DNA of 62,934 nt, filler included, from Lenisia limosa (lineage: Eukaryota; Protista; Breviatea), in NCBI GenBank assembly GCA_001655205.1. It is 14 parts of 14 records of this genome, joined end to end, with 100 filler letters (N's around TTAATTAATTAA, not from the genome) between each part and the next. Parts side by side here need not be neighbours in the genome. Positions count along the whole stretch, not along the records: positions 32,156 to 41,341 come from LPNZ01008563.1; positions 41,442 to 53,998 come from LPNZ01005969.1; 12 more parts are not named here. One strand, given 5' to 3'. Under the pieces are notes generated by a model. It saw only the letters and a program-made list of their open reading frames with translations. It ran no database searches and was not told the origin of the DNA. Both the position numbers and the translations under genes were made by a program. The number at the start of each line of letters is the position of its first letter. Positions within the stretch are counted from its first letter, which is position 1. Shown here in pieces: positions 36,063 through 49,200 of this stretch.

Positions 36063-37085
36063 NNNNNNNNNNGGGGGTGGGAGGTGAACCCTGTTCGAAG
36101 TTGTGGCATGTCATGGGTTAGTAGAATAGTTATATCTGGGGACTCGACCTGTCAAGTCTGTCTCAGCCTCTCTAGTGTGTGCTGATATTATTTGTTTTTA
36201 GAATTCTCTCTGTAAAATTTAGTTGAGAGGACTGGGACCCTTGCAGAGTATGATTTCCCTGAGTTTTGGATAACTTATGAGAATCCAACCCCGTAATACA
36301 CTTATTTAGAGATTTCAAGAACAGTAACTTTCGAGAGGTGAGAATCAAAATGACATGAAAATGGTGATCTCTTTATTTGGTGAAACTCTATGATTTATAT
36401 CCCAAGCCAATCTGATCGATGGAAGATGCGACCGCCAATATATTTATCTTAATACATATTTAGATTCATGAAATACACATATAAGCCACACCTGCCAGTC
36501 GGATAATTTAGTGAATGATTGGACACAAAAAGCCCGTGCAGGTCACAGCATCAATAAGATTTCCTTTTGACCTGCGCAATCAAGTTTTTTTGTTAATCAA
36601 GGATCGGGAGATTGTGGCTGGAACCTGCAAATATTCTCAACAGGTCGAAATCCCCAGATATAATATATTCTACTACCCCATGTTGATGTTGGTGTGTATA
36701 AAAATCATCACAGATTTGTCGATTTGTCACAGAAAGCCTCTTCAGTTTCCCAATGTCAAATGAAGACACAGACATGGAAGAATTCTTACAGATGGAAGAG
36801 GTAGGGCTTTCGAAATCTCATTTGTAGCACTCAACAGGAATAAAGGGGGGTCAGGCGGTATGTTTTGACGAACTCTCAGCCGAGGATACTCTTATTGCTG
36901 AAAAGACTGAAGCTTTAGGTCATATTTAATAGTGTTTTTTTATTGCGTAGCTGAGTTGCTTTCGTCTCAAGATAATCAGAAAACTACTGATATTCAGTTT
37001 AAACTCGACCAAATGATTATGAAAGTGGGAATTTCGGTATTTGCACTGTTTACTTTGAATAACTTTCACCTTTTAGGTATCACAA

Positions 37086-38276
37086 ATGGCCGTTGACAGT
37101 AGCCACTCTGCACCAAAGTGTGAAGTCTGGTTAGCTGATATCTTTTGGTTACAATATAGCGATTCTCTTGGTGTTGAAAACATCTCGCATATTCATTGTC
37201 AAAACTGTCAAGCTTTTTTGTGTTTTTCCCATGATGCTGAAACACATCCTCCAATTAACCCAATTTTGTCAAGACATATCCGGGAATCCGCCTTAAACTA
37301 TGTGTAATGCCTATGGCTGTTATTGCTTTTAGATCATACACTTGTCCATTCCACCCTGAGGAGACGGCGTCTTATTTCTGTTTGGAGTGTGAAAGCCATC
37401 CTGTGTGTGCAGAGTGCATTATTCATGGAGCACATCAAGGGCATGAGGCGCTGTCCCTCAAGAAGTCGCTTCCAAGTTTGACTTTTGCTCTATTTCTGAC
37501 CTTGCTAAGTTGTACAGGATAGGCTTAAGCAACTGGCAACTTTTCTTTCCACGTGTGTATCTGAGGTTGAAATGATGATTGAAAAAGCAAAGCTTCACAA
37601 AACGGAGCTTGTCGAAAGTACAGTGGCAATCAAGAAAAGCATGCAACGCAGTTTTCAAGAAGTATTACACGTTTATTCTTTGATACTTTTTTAGCTTCAT
37701 GATAAACTGCATCGAAAAGAATCCGACCTACTTTCTGCAGCTGATTCCTTTGCTGAACAGCAAATATCTAATTTATCACATTATGCTGATAATGCCTCGA
37801 AAAAGGTCTGAATATGAAAAGCATTGGAAATAATTTTTCAGGTCAAAATGGTTTCTAATGTTGTTGATGACCTCTTGGTAAATGCTAGCACAGCCGATGC
37901 TTCTCTTTGTCTCGCATATTATGCAAATAACCGGAACACTCTGGCAACTCTAACTGAAAGTAAAGTATGCTAATCTTGCTCCTATTTCTACAATTTGGAG
38001 GCTGTTGTAATTTGCAACCTTTGATCTCTCATGTCAATTCACACCTATAGTAAATATACTACGTGTTTGGAACTTATTTCAACAAAATATTTACTCCATC
38101 TTTGTATTTTCACTTCTTGAAGGATCTGTTCTCTGAAGAATTACCGGCCTTGGCCCCCAGAAAGGTATATCTTGATACAGATGCAGCGGCTGAGCAGGTG
38201 GAATCTATCAACGGACTACACCTGGTCATAGCTCAACTGGAGCCACAAGAACCAACTCCTCAAAGATCCAATAAGG
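37086..38276 (+). CDS. B-box1/B-box2/coiled-coil protein (TRIM-like BBC architecture)
   Basis: After removing 30-34 nt introns: CEVCDSLGVENISHIHCQNCQAFLCFSHDAETHPPINPILSRHIR (B-box1), CPFHPEETASYFCLECESHPVCAECIIHGAHQGH (B-box2), then a long coiled coil. Termini are uncertain. Confidence 0.85.
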
Positions 38277-38592
38277 TGAGTTCTAACCTTCCTCACCATA
38301 GACTCTACTCTGGGTATCCGAATTACGATTTATTTGTTTTTTTCGCGTCATATTGATCGAGATTTACGCCACTTTTGCCTCTTTTTGTTCATTAATTAAT
38401 AATGAAATAAAAATAACAATTCTTCGTTTGAAACCTTGCTTTAACACTATCAGAATACCCCAATCCCGCAAGCACTAAAAAGAGATTTCAGGCTGTCTAG
38501 GAGATAACAGTTCTTGATTTATATTTGTAAAAACCATGATGATATTTCTATTGAAGTTGATACATGTGCAGCAGTGTGAGCTAAAGATAGCT

Positions 38593-39626
38593 TCAGAGAC
38601 GAAGATGAGACATGTTGTCGTAAGACGACATTGATTTAGCGGCGTCATCATGATACATGTAGTCCACATGTAGACGCTCGTCAAGCTTCAGGAATTCACG
38701 TAACTGAGAGCTATTATGTTACTATGAAAAGACCACCATACCATGTTCTTTGGATACGTTCCACAGCAAATTTGCGCCTTGTCCAAAGAGCGATCTTGTC
38801 CCCCTTAGAGCGGCGGCTAAACACACACCCGCAAATGTCCTCAGAAAAGTCGAAGTTCTCACCAATAAGGGCAAGGAGCTTAAATATCAACAAACAATGT
38901 TACTTACAAGATGCATCCATGCTCCATCAAGCTTCTCATTAGATTCATTACGGAGCTGCATGACAAGTTTTCCACCCTAGAATGTCAAAAAGAACTCATT
39001 CGAAGACAAATATTTCGCTTACGTCAACGTTAGATTCATCTTCCCACATCGGTTTAATCCCGAACTTGAAGAAGTGATAATTGGCTGCAATTGGGATAGA
39101 TGAGGCTGGAGAAACATTGTTTAGATAACTGAAACGTAAACGCAAGACAACAGTAAATGAAAAGGGAATAAGAAGCCTGCAGCCACTAACCTCCAAAACT
39201 TCTCTACTGTATCCATTTGTCCAATACGAATAAGAGTATTTTCATATGTTTTCTTCTCTCCAGGATTTCTTTTCCCTCCTGAAGGCATGCGACGATCAAA
39301 CCAAAGTACCCATCCGTTCTCTGAAAGAATAAATTAATGAAACCTGCATCATTAAAGAATTCCAAGACCTAAAAGAACGTTCACACGAAATAACCTGAAA
39401 GAAAATGCTTACGGAGTGGATGGTGAGTTTCAAGATCAATCTGTTGAAGGCTAGCAGTCAAAGTTCCTGTAGTTGGGGTGGGAGTTGGTTCCCCCAAAAA
39501 TGAACGCTGCTGATTGATACTTTTTGCATTATTTGGAGATTTAGAAGGTGAACACTTATTTTGAGACGACCTGTGGGGATGGCGCCTACTAGGCTTCTTT
39601 TGATCATGTTTTCCTTCGTTGGTCAT
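38593..39626 (-). CDS. EIF4E: Translation initiation factor eIF4E family protein with S/R/P-rich N-terminal extension
   Basis: The splice gives HHPLQNGWVLWFDRRMPSGGKRNPGEKKTYENTLIRIGQMDTVEKFWSYLNNVSPASSIPIAANYHFFKFGIKPMWEDESNVDGGKLVMQLRNESNEKLDGAWMHLLLALIGENFDFSEDICGCVFSRRSKGDKIALWTRRKFAVERIQRTCSQLREFLKL...; TGA at 38593-38595. The start codon is uncertain (39626 or upstream). Confidence 0.95.
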
Positions 39627-40518
39627 TTGGGAAGAACGACCCCGCCTTGAAGAACTTGGAATTTGAACTTCCCTGATCAAGGATGGAGGTAAAGTAATAT
39701 CGTAGATGGGGGTCCAACCAAAGAGACTGAATCTACCAAAGGTCGCGTTCAAAGTGTCAAGAATTCTTAGGAATCTTAAAGCGAGATGTGCACCTTTTGG
39801 AGATAATTCTACTAGCATCTTTACCCTCCGTAAAAAACTGTTCAATTGAATAAAACTTGCATTCCCGGAAAGGAAGGCTACGCTGTGGGGCTAAAAGTCC
39901 TGCCTTTCCTTTTTAACCTTTATATATTAGTTTTCCTTAACGCGAGGTACAAAGACGTCTTCAATAAAAAGTAAATGCATCATCTACTTGATTAGTTTTG
40001 TCGGAAGTCGGAAGCTGGAAAGTAATCATCGCTAACTTCTTTTCATTAAAATAAAGCACTCGAAATATGAGAATCTTCGATTCATACTATAGTTATTTGG
40101 GTTTTACAGAAGTTCTATCAACGTAATAAGTCCAAATTTTAAGACTGGGGGATATACGTTGCCTAAAACAAGGGCAGATCAGCCTTTACTAAATAAATTG
40201 AAGCACTAAGTTACATTGGTGCCTCAAAATAGTTCAAAAAGCAAATACATATTTATTAAAGCAACTTTCAAGCAAGAGAGATGATCGAAGTGGCTCATGA
40301 GAAGACAATTTGTCAAACAAGCGAAAGCTCTTTAAGATTTTCTGATGTGACACTGCTATATCTTCTTGATGACAACATTGCATCTTTCGAGATGTAAAAG
40401 GGTGGGGAAACCAAAACTATCTTTAAACTCTCAATCAGCTTAGTCTCGTCGATATTATGAAATTCATATGCCTCCTAAAAGCGGGGTTAAAGGACATTTT
40501 TTGTGCGCCTTTTTATAA

Positions 40519-40598
40519 GTGGCCAAATGGGATAAAGATCGTTTTCAGACTATTTTGGGCTCGAGGTCGAGGGTTTGAACCCCGGAGTGGTCATTTTT
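40519..40598 (+). pseudogene. Degenerate tRNA-like sequence (A-box/B-box, poly-T)
   Basis: GTGGCCAAATGGGATAAAG ... GGTCGAGGGTTTGAACCCCGG followed by T7. The acceptor and T stems pair poorly, so it is not a credible functional tRNA. Confidence 0.3.
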
Positions 40599-41441
40599 TT
40601 TCAAAAAGGATTAGAATTGCTAATATCGAGAAATATCCAAAAAAGGCCATTTAACTTTCACCCGCTAAGAGGGCAAAAATCGATTTTTAAATGATTGTTT
40701 TTACTCTAATTTTCCACTTTAATAATGTATAATATCCTCCACAGGTCGGCAAATTTGACTTGCGTCCACAGCGAAAGAGAGAACGAAGACCCTCTGTTTC
40801 AAAGAAAAGCAGGATTGAATGGATCTGGAATTTTCCTTCCGCAAATTCTTGATTTCTCGATTTTTAATGCATCTCTTTCTCTTTTCTCGTTTCAAATGAT
40901 TTTATCTTTCAATAACAATCAATTCAGAGAGCAAAAGATATATCTCAGGAAATGAGAACACCCATAAAAGGAAAACCTTAAATTAGTAATATCTCATAAT
41001 ATGTTGCCACCCCCACACCCATAATTTATCTTTTTGATTGTCACGCCCCACCATTGAGTATTGTTACCAAGCCCCCCCCCCACCCCCGTATTTCTNNNNN
41101 NNNNNNNNNNNNNNNNNNNNNNNNNNNNNNNNNNNNNNNNNNNNNNNNNNNNNNNNNNNNNNNNNNCAACTGGCCTATTATTTTGTTTTTGTACTGGCTA
41201 ACCAATATGTATGGGTTATCCCCCCTTCATATATGCCTGGACGGGTAAACCCGATAAAACCCGATAATTTTTTTTGTTCTCTTGGTTTGAAGATTATACC
41301 TGGAACATTTATTAAAACCGATGGCTGAGATTAAAGATCATNNNNNNNNNNNNNNNNNNNNNNNNNNNNNNNNNNNNNNNNNNNNTTAATTAATTAANNN
41401 NNNNNNNNNNNNNNNNNNNNNNNNNNNNNNNNNNNNNNNNN

Positions 41442-43140
41442 GAGAAGACCCCCCTCCGCCTACTCCAGAAGTATGCTCTTCACTGAGGTCAATGTCTCCC
41501 CCAGGCCCAAGGCTCATCCGATAAGGACTTTCCCTCCACAAACTCCAGTCATTACCAAGAGCTCTGCAGCACCAGCCAGCTCTCCTCTCCTGGCCAAATC
41601 CCCAGCTGCCACCTCTAGGCACAACTCCCGCTGTCGCAGTAACGACCCCTGTGCCAAAGACAGTTCCAATTAAGAAGTCTCAAACTCCCGTCTTACTGCG
41701 CCTACGGTCTCTAATAGGACGAAGAAAGCCCATTCACATCGCCGTGGTCCACGACCTCCCGTCGCGCACATCCAACCTAGCCTGTACCCCTACATAATCA
41801 CGTTGCCTCAGCCATCTGATCCCTCCTCTACTACACCTTGCAAGACGATCTTCCTTATCCGTGAAGACGTACTGGGATGGTGCTCGTCTCCAACTCCAGC
41901 AATAGCCCATTTCTCATCTCTCACCATTCGCCCACCTCAAGCTCCTGATTTGACTATATCTAATGTCTACGCCCCATCCGGAGCCCTCCCTCCTGTATCG
42001 CAGACGATCTACAAGGCTCTCACAACGGTGACCGTCAACACTGCCAACTCCCTTGGCCACCACGTAGTAATTGGTGACTACAACGAGGCCTCTCTCTCCT
42101 TAGACCGCAGCTCCGGCAAGAGGGACGATGCCCCCCTATACACGAGGAAATAATGCTCCTCCACCATCAAGCAGGATAGACCATGTTCTGGTCTCTCCCC
42201 TCATCCTACCCGCACTTGCCTCAGTCTACGTGGCTCCTTACTCACCAGACGTTGGTGGGCCGCTATCCACCCGGAACCATCTCCCCACAATGTCCTCTGT
42301 GCCCAGTTCCATCTCCGCTCCACCAGGAATCCCTCCGCCACCTTCTCTCCGTTTGCCAGCATCCAACCATGGTCAGCCTAAGGCGGGATATTGGCCCGAC
42401 CATCAAGAACATGGTCTTGGGTGCGCTCTTGTTCCCATCTCCTGAGACCAAGAAGGGAGCCATTTCGGCATACTGTGATACCTGTTGGCCTTTCTCGCCT
42501 ACCACCACCAGACCCTCGTCCAGGAAACATCGGAGGCCTGGCCTCAATGAGGACATGAGATCCCTCCTCGACTCCAAGGCACTGACTAAGATGCGAAATT
42601 CCCTTCTTGACCACTCGCTCCGGGTCTGGCAAACCCGCTGTGACCTTTTTGAGGAGGTGGCTGCCCCGCCCAATAGACCAGCTATGGTCACTGAAAGCCC
42701 GTCCGTCACCATGGATACCGTCGTCACCTTCGTCCCTGGACCCTCACTTCCATCGGCCGGACCACCCACCCCTATACTCACTCTCCATCCTTGTCACCTT
42801 CGCCACCCCCATCACCTCCAATTCCTAGACCTCTANNNNNNNNNNNNNNNNNNNNNNNNNNNNNNNNNNNNNNNNNNNNNNNNNNNNNNNNNNNNNNNNN
42901 NNNNNCATCCGACCCTGAACACTCACGGACTTCAACTTTGACATCGCCAGGGGGGTCATCACTGGCAACCTCACCACCCACCCGATCATGACCTTCCATA
43001 GCCCCACATGTCCGTCGTTCCGGGAGTACCTAGCGTACTTCACCTCCCACCACCTCACTAACCTCAGCTTTGTCTTCCAACATCACCCCTAACCACCCTA
43101 AACCCTTCAAACTTTACCCCTCTTTCCCTCACCTCCACCT
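41442..43140 (+). mobile_element. Non-LTR retrotransposon remnant: APE endonuclease joined to a C-terminal CCHC zinc knuckle, RT absent
   Basis: APE motifs ISNVYAPS, HVVIGDYN and SRIDHVLVS (about 41955-42200) are followed within about 100 nt by CPLCPVPSPLHQESLRHLLSVC. The region is C-rich, intronless and frameshifted. Element ends are approximate. Confidence 0.8.
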
Positions 43141-44065
43141 ATTCGATTTACAACAATTGAATTCATCCTATTACATTATTATGTGATAGGTGAAACCCGT
43201 AAAACGGTTTGCACTCCAAGTGTCCAGATCACTCGCCGTGCCACCACAGAAGAGATCACCCGCTGCCTCGCTGTAGTCTGTTCACCCGCTGCCCAGATCA
43301 CCCCCACCGCCCCGCTCCAGAAGAGATCACCCTCCCTCCAGTCCGTCGCCGCCGTTCTCCTATGTATCTTCTTTTTTATCTTTATTTTACTCAGATTTTA
43401 CTGATACTGAATGTATTTTTTCGATAAATACATTTTTTGTCCTTTCAACTAACTGCCTTTCAAAAAGATTTTTGTCTGAATGTGTTTTTTTTTATTTTTG
43501 TCTTTTCAAGATTTTTTCGAGAGAACTATTGAGTGAGTAACCAACCAACCTCCTAAATACCATACTGTACCAAAAAGACCCCCGAAGAAGCACCACCAGA
43601 ATCCCCCCAATCCTCCGGGTGGTCAATCTGTGGCCCCGCCACCTACCGGCACCGGAGCTTTGTCTCTTTCTTTCTAAACTTTCTTTCTCTCCACAGCCTT
43701 GCTACAACTTGCCACAGCCTCTCCGCCTCTCCAGCCTCCTCTTCCCTCCCCAAAACACACATACTCGACACACACTACAACACAACATCAAAAAACCACA
43801 ACACCACACTACAACCACACAACCCCATTGCAACTCCAAACCATCACTTCTTCCCTCCCACAATCCTCCCAGAGGTCTCATCGGTGTCTCATCATTGTCT
43901 CATCAGTTGATTTACACCAAGAAGAAGGTAGGATGGTGATGCCTGCCAATCGGGTCACTTTGTCTCAGTTCCTTCCTAATGATGATAAACATGAAGGTTT
44001 TGTTTCCCCATCCCCAGCTCATCAAAATTTGATTGTGATTTGATGGAGTTATTTATACGCATAGA

Positions 44066-45482
44066 ATGAAGGGTTCCGTGGAATGTTTGGAGTGTTTCGC
44101 AGCGGGGGCAGTTAAGGATGCCAAGAGAGCCACTGATGATATCGAGGACCAAGCCGAAATCGTTGGTCGTTAGATTGCATTTCATTCTCGGCAGCATATC
44201 TTCTACCTGTTTATCAGAGACTGATGTGTGAAGGTCAAGAAGTGTCTCGGGATGGTGTCGGAGTATGACATGAAGGTCCCGCCAGCCTATCTTGGCGGTC
44301 AGATTTATCGGCGAATCCGGGATATGACCGGCAACGAGGACCCTCATGCTGAAGCCAAGAAGGTGCGGATGAAGGCTTAGTGAGGATGCCCTCAGGCAGG
44401 TCGACCGGCATTTTGAAAAAACCCAAAGCTTAACTAGTTTGTTCATCTATTTCTTTGTGCATCCTGCTCGTGACCATTGTAGAAGCAGAACGATTTTCTT
44501 CTTAGCCGTTTGGAGATGTACAGGCCCCTTTTAGAAACCTCAAAACACAGCCCGCTTGAATCCGCTGTTCGCCTCTCAATTGCAGGTTTGTTTCCCTACC
44601 TTTCTTGATTGGTTCAGGAAATGTGATTGATTTGGGTGTAGCATCACTGCAAGTAAACTCCGAAACTATCATCAAGGTAAGAAGACATAGTTGTCAACTT
44701 TTTGTACTTGTATCACATTTTCAGTTTTTTAAAATTGCCTCGTCTTACCCACGTTTTAGACTATCGATTTAGCCATGGAGGAGAAATTTGGAGAGGGAGA
44801 GTTTGATACTTTTTCGAAGAACCTTGGTAGGCTTTGTCGCTTACAAGTCTGATTGCTCAGAAAAAGCCAAATCTATCCTCTTTGTGACAGACAATTGTGG
44901 GGAAGTTGTTTTTGACAGACTTCTGATAGAAACCATCCCAAAGTGAGAAGGCTTACTCCTTGCTGTATTAACTATATCGCGTTCAAGTCTTTTCTGACAC
45001 TTTAGTCATAAAGAAAGGGTGACTGTTTTGTGTAGAGGAAAGCCTATTCTCAATGATGCTACTCGAGACGTAGGCTCTTCCAATGTGATCTCTGAACTTT
45101 GTATATCAATCTCATTAAAGGTCTCTTTTCTTACTCATTAGGATATCGACTATGTTGGCATCACACCTCTAGTATGCATGGTTGTAAGGTGTGACATCTT
45201 TAGGTGAAAGAAGTGATTGATAATGGAACTGACTACCCCGGAACATTTCTTCGAGATTCACAGTCAGCACTTGAATGTTTCAAAAAGGCTGATATGATCA
45301 TTTCCAAAGGAATGGGCAACTACGAGTCTCTTTCTGGAGAGACAGAATACCCCATTCATTTCCTTTTTAAAGCCAAATGTAAAGGTGAGTACAAATGACA
45401 ATCAAATATTCATTATTCAGTGGTTGCGAAGAACGCTGGAGTGCCACTGGGAAAATTCGTGCTGCAGTGCCCCAGAAACTAA
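44066..45482 (+). CDS. DUF89 (ARMT1-like domain) damage-control phosphatase, prokaryote-type subfamily I, intron-rich
   Basis: Complete hand splice: MKGSVECLECFAAG...IYRRIRDMTGNEDPHAEAKK...SAVRLSIAGNVIDLG...KAKSILFVTDNCGEVVFDRLLIE...CRGKPILNDATRD...DNGTDYPG...ADMIISKGMGNYESLS...IHFLFKAKCKVVAKNAGVPLGKFVL...TAA. Confidence 0.92.
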
Positions 45483-46210
45483 GTCAAGGTCCATTGGTAA
45501 TCTTGATAATATTAATATACAATATGGTAGAAAAAGGAAACAAATTACATTCATTTGGCCATGGCTCAACTGACATGATTCAAGGGGGTAATGGACAGGT
45601 TTGTGAGGATGCTTGATGAAATAGCACCTTCATGTCAGGAAAGAAAATCCTTACTGAATTGCGTATCTTCGTAGTGAACTGCTGGCAGCTACAGTGGAGG
45701 TTTACTTTGAAAAGAGCAACCTACTTGTATTGTAAGGAGTGGTGGTGAGTCGTAGTCCTCTGAGCAATGAAAAAGATAGTTTGTAAAGTCTCACCTGGAG
45801 AGCCTTCAGCGGGAGAGCCTAGGAACGTGAATGGAGACCCAAGAGGCATGGATAGTGGTGATTGTGACGGAGTCAATTGTAGATATACATTAGTGAAATT
45901 GCCACAGTTTGAAAACTAATATCACAATATAAGATATATTAATCGGGCAAATAAACACATTTGAATTGAATAACAGACCTTCAGCAGATTGCTTCTGAGA
46001 TTGAATAGCGTGAAATACAGATGGATAGTGTTTGCTCGCAAGAATTAATGCTACAAAGGGAGTAAACAGAAGGAATTTCGATGACAATAATCTGAACACT
46101 CCAAACAATAAACAAAAACAAGCAATTACAAACACGAGCAACCAATGCTAAAACTAGACCAAAACCAGATGACTGACTACTGATGACAAAAAAACAAAAA
46201 CAAAGCCCAG

Positions 46211-49200
46211 ACCAGCCTTTGAAGAGTCCCACCCTCTTGACCCAAACGTACCTGTAAGGCAAAAAAGTCAGGGAAAATTCCGACTTGTTAACGGGTCATA
46301 GCAAGGTAAGACCAAGGAGCAGTGTCATATTATATCATATCGATATTATATCATATTATATCATTTATCATATTACATCATTGAGGTCATTTTGAGTATC
46401 TACTGGATATCACCAGAAAATTGTGAATGTATGGGTTTCAGAGCCCCAGAAAATGAATATCACATAGTCCAGAAAAATGTGAAGATATGTAACGTCCCTC
46501 ACCTGGCACATCAGACGGGTATGCAGTGAGGTAGGTAATGAGGTTAGCCATTCCTGATTGCATTTTTCCATCAGAAATGTTGAAGAAGACCTAAAGAGAT
46601 CACGGAAAAGACCGTAACCTTTGAGAAAGCAATGGTTTGTAGATGAAGAGATTCAGGTAGTTCCTTTCTCTGGCCATACACCTGGTACAACATTGTTCGT
46701 AAACGGCTTGGCTGTTCAACAAGAATATCCAGGGGACTGGCGGTAAAAAATTGACTGAGGCTAACCTTATGATGAAGTCAAATACAAATGAAGATATGGA
46801 ATCGAAGACAGTACTTGTGATAATTATTGATGTTTGGTAATGGAGGTTCAGTCTTTCTACAGTGCATTAGATGTGGGTATTGTGACAAGCCCAATTACCT
46901 AATTTTGCAGCTAAGTTGACCACATCACCAACAAGAGTAAATTTCATACGTTGGTTTGAACCAATATTCCCCGAAAGCACTTTACCAGCATGTATCCCTT
47001 TCCATTGTTATAAGAGGGAAAGCCAACCGACACTTAGCTCAAGAAAACAGACACTGAAGCTTTTCCATTCCTGATTGAGCTGAAGGAGGCGTTTCTTCTG
47101 AGATATTGCGCAATTGAGGGCTTTAATACCACCATCCTTCTAAATATTGTGACCAGAAAGTTACCAACTTGGCACCAATAAGCAACAATGGAATTTCCAC
47201 TAAAATCGCTTACGATCCCTTTTGCATTCTGAAAGGGCCATAAAAGGGCTGGGAGAACTCACATGAATTTCATCTGTCATAGACTCAAGGTATTCATATA
47301 GGATGGAAGCAACCACTTCTGCTGTTTGTGTCTGACAAACCAAATTGAATCCTAAGATGTGAGTCTCTTAACACGTACCTTTGATATTATTTATGAGAAC
47401 TGTTGCTTCAATGGTTTCAATATAGAGCTCGCCCGCATTAGGCTTGTTCGATAAAATACGCTCCAACGCAGTGGAAGGTATAAACCTGTGCAATGAGAAC
47501 AATATTTTCCATATGAGCTGACTTACTTGGTGAAAAGCTGTAACGAAGAGGACATTTTTAACATATAGTGTTGAATATTCATAATCTCCTGAAGCGGGCT
47601 TGGAGTTGGGTAAGTCTCACTAGGAAGTCAACGAAAAGGAACAAGGAAGTGGAAGAAATAATCCAGCCATTTGCACACCAGTTGAATTCAAGTGAAGAAA
47701 ATTGGGCCATTAGTCCAGCAATCTAAACACATCAACAATATTCTGACAAACATTCGACAAGGGGCTACTTAGACATCTGTTACTGATAATGAGAGTTGTT
47801 GATAGGGACATAATAGCAGCAAGAAAAGTCAAAATCACTGAAATCGTTGCACTTGTTTGGATACTTCCAACATAATAGTCCGCCTAGACTTTGAGCAAAT
47901 CTAGCAAGTCAAACCTTGACAAGTTGGAAGGATGTGAGAACCAGCGGGCCAATGTATACATTTCGAACAGTCACAAAAAGGCTCTCCTCTCCGACAAGTA
48001 CAGTTTCTCCACTCATAGGAATCTAAAAAGCCAATTCACACACAAGAACCAAAGATATTATCGTAAACAAGCCTCACACAAGTCTCACCTCATCCTTGCC
48101 AGATAAAATGCTGTTGAGGTACTCAAGACGAGTATTTCCCTTAAACTCAGAAGCATGATGAATTCCACTTCGCTTATTCACGTTTTCTGAAATATCTGAA
48201 GAACTAAATAGTAAATTATTTATCCCCTTAACAAACGCAAGAAACCTCTGATCTTGGTCAAAGAGGTAAAGTGTGATTGCATTTTGAGGAAGATTGTGTG
48301 AATCAGCAAGGATTTGCGGAAGGAAATAAAGTTCCAAATCGATTCCAGTAACCCCAACAAAAGTTCCATTCTATGTCAGTAACAGCAAAACAAACTTGGT
48401 CGAACACAGTAGCTGCAAAAGTAATCCAATGAGTGCCTAAAAGGTGAGACCCAAGATAGTGAACCTATATATTCGAATACTTCAGTCCAACTCGTCGAAA
48501 GAGGGTTTGTATGGTCCAAAATGCGGAACCACTACAAAATGTAAATGGAGAAAATCCATACTGTTCCTGTAAGCGCATCAGGTAGAAATGCGTGCTTCAG
48601 TTCCTCTCGAGATCCATCCGCGTTGGTTTTCCACTCAAGGTTCATGCCTGTGTTATTTGCACTGATCTAATGGGATCAAATACTAAGAGAACCCAACCAG
48701 GGGGTTGTTTGAGCAGTAACCTTCCCAGATTCCTGAGTATGTTTTTGATTCCTCCAAACGAGAAAAGGCGCCTTGACGATGAGGTCAAATGAATGTAGAC
48801 TGAAATTCAGATTGATGATGAGATAGGACTAATAACAGAATAGGATAATATTGTTCAATGTGGAAAGTAACACGTTAAAAATGATAAGAGATTGTAACTG
48901 TAATCCAGTCTGACCAAAAAGGTAGCCTTCAGTTGTAGTGTAATGAATGGATGACAATATGTCCTAAGAGAGTTGATTGGAATAAACTTGTTTCTATTTA
49001 TACCCCTAGTTGAAACATTTTCATGCCTGCCATACCTTGTAGAGATTCATTTCTGTTTGGAAGGTGCCTATCAGCTGCTGTCCTTCCTCGAAAGTTGTTA
49101 TCTATTAAGATTAGCTGGAGGAAAAACGACAAATCAGGCTGTTTACTCTATTGACCAGCTGCCCCTGGCTAAGGAGCCTTCGGTTCATGATAGCGACTTT

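Noticed and set aside
43976-44446. 156-aa minus-strand ORF as an independent gene
   Set aside because: It overlaps the first exons of the plus-strand DUF89 gene, which has clear family motifs.
47400-47500. [11 protein letters not shown] suggesting exportin-2/CSE1
   Set aside because: The downstream exons are unambiguous class III cyclase motifs; this segment is the pre-cyclase linker.
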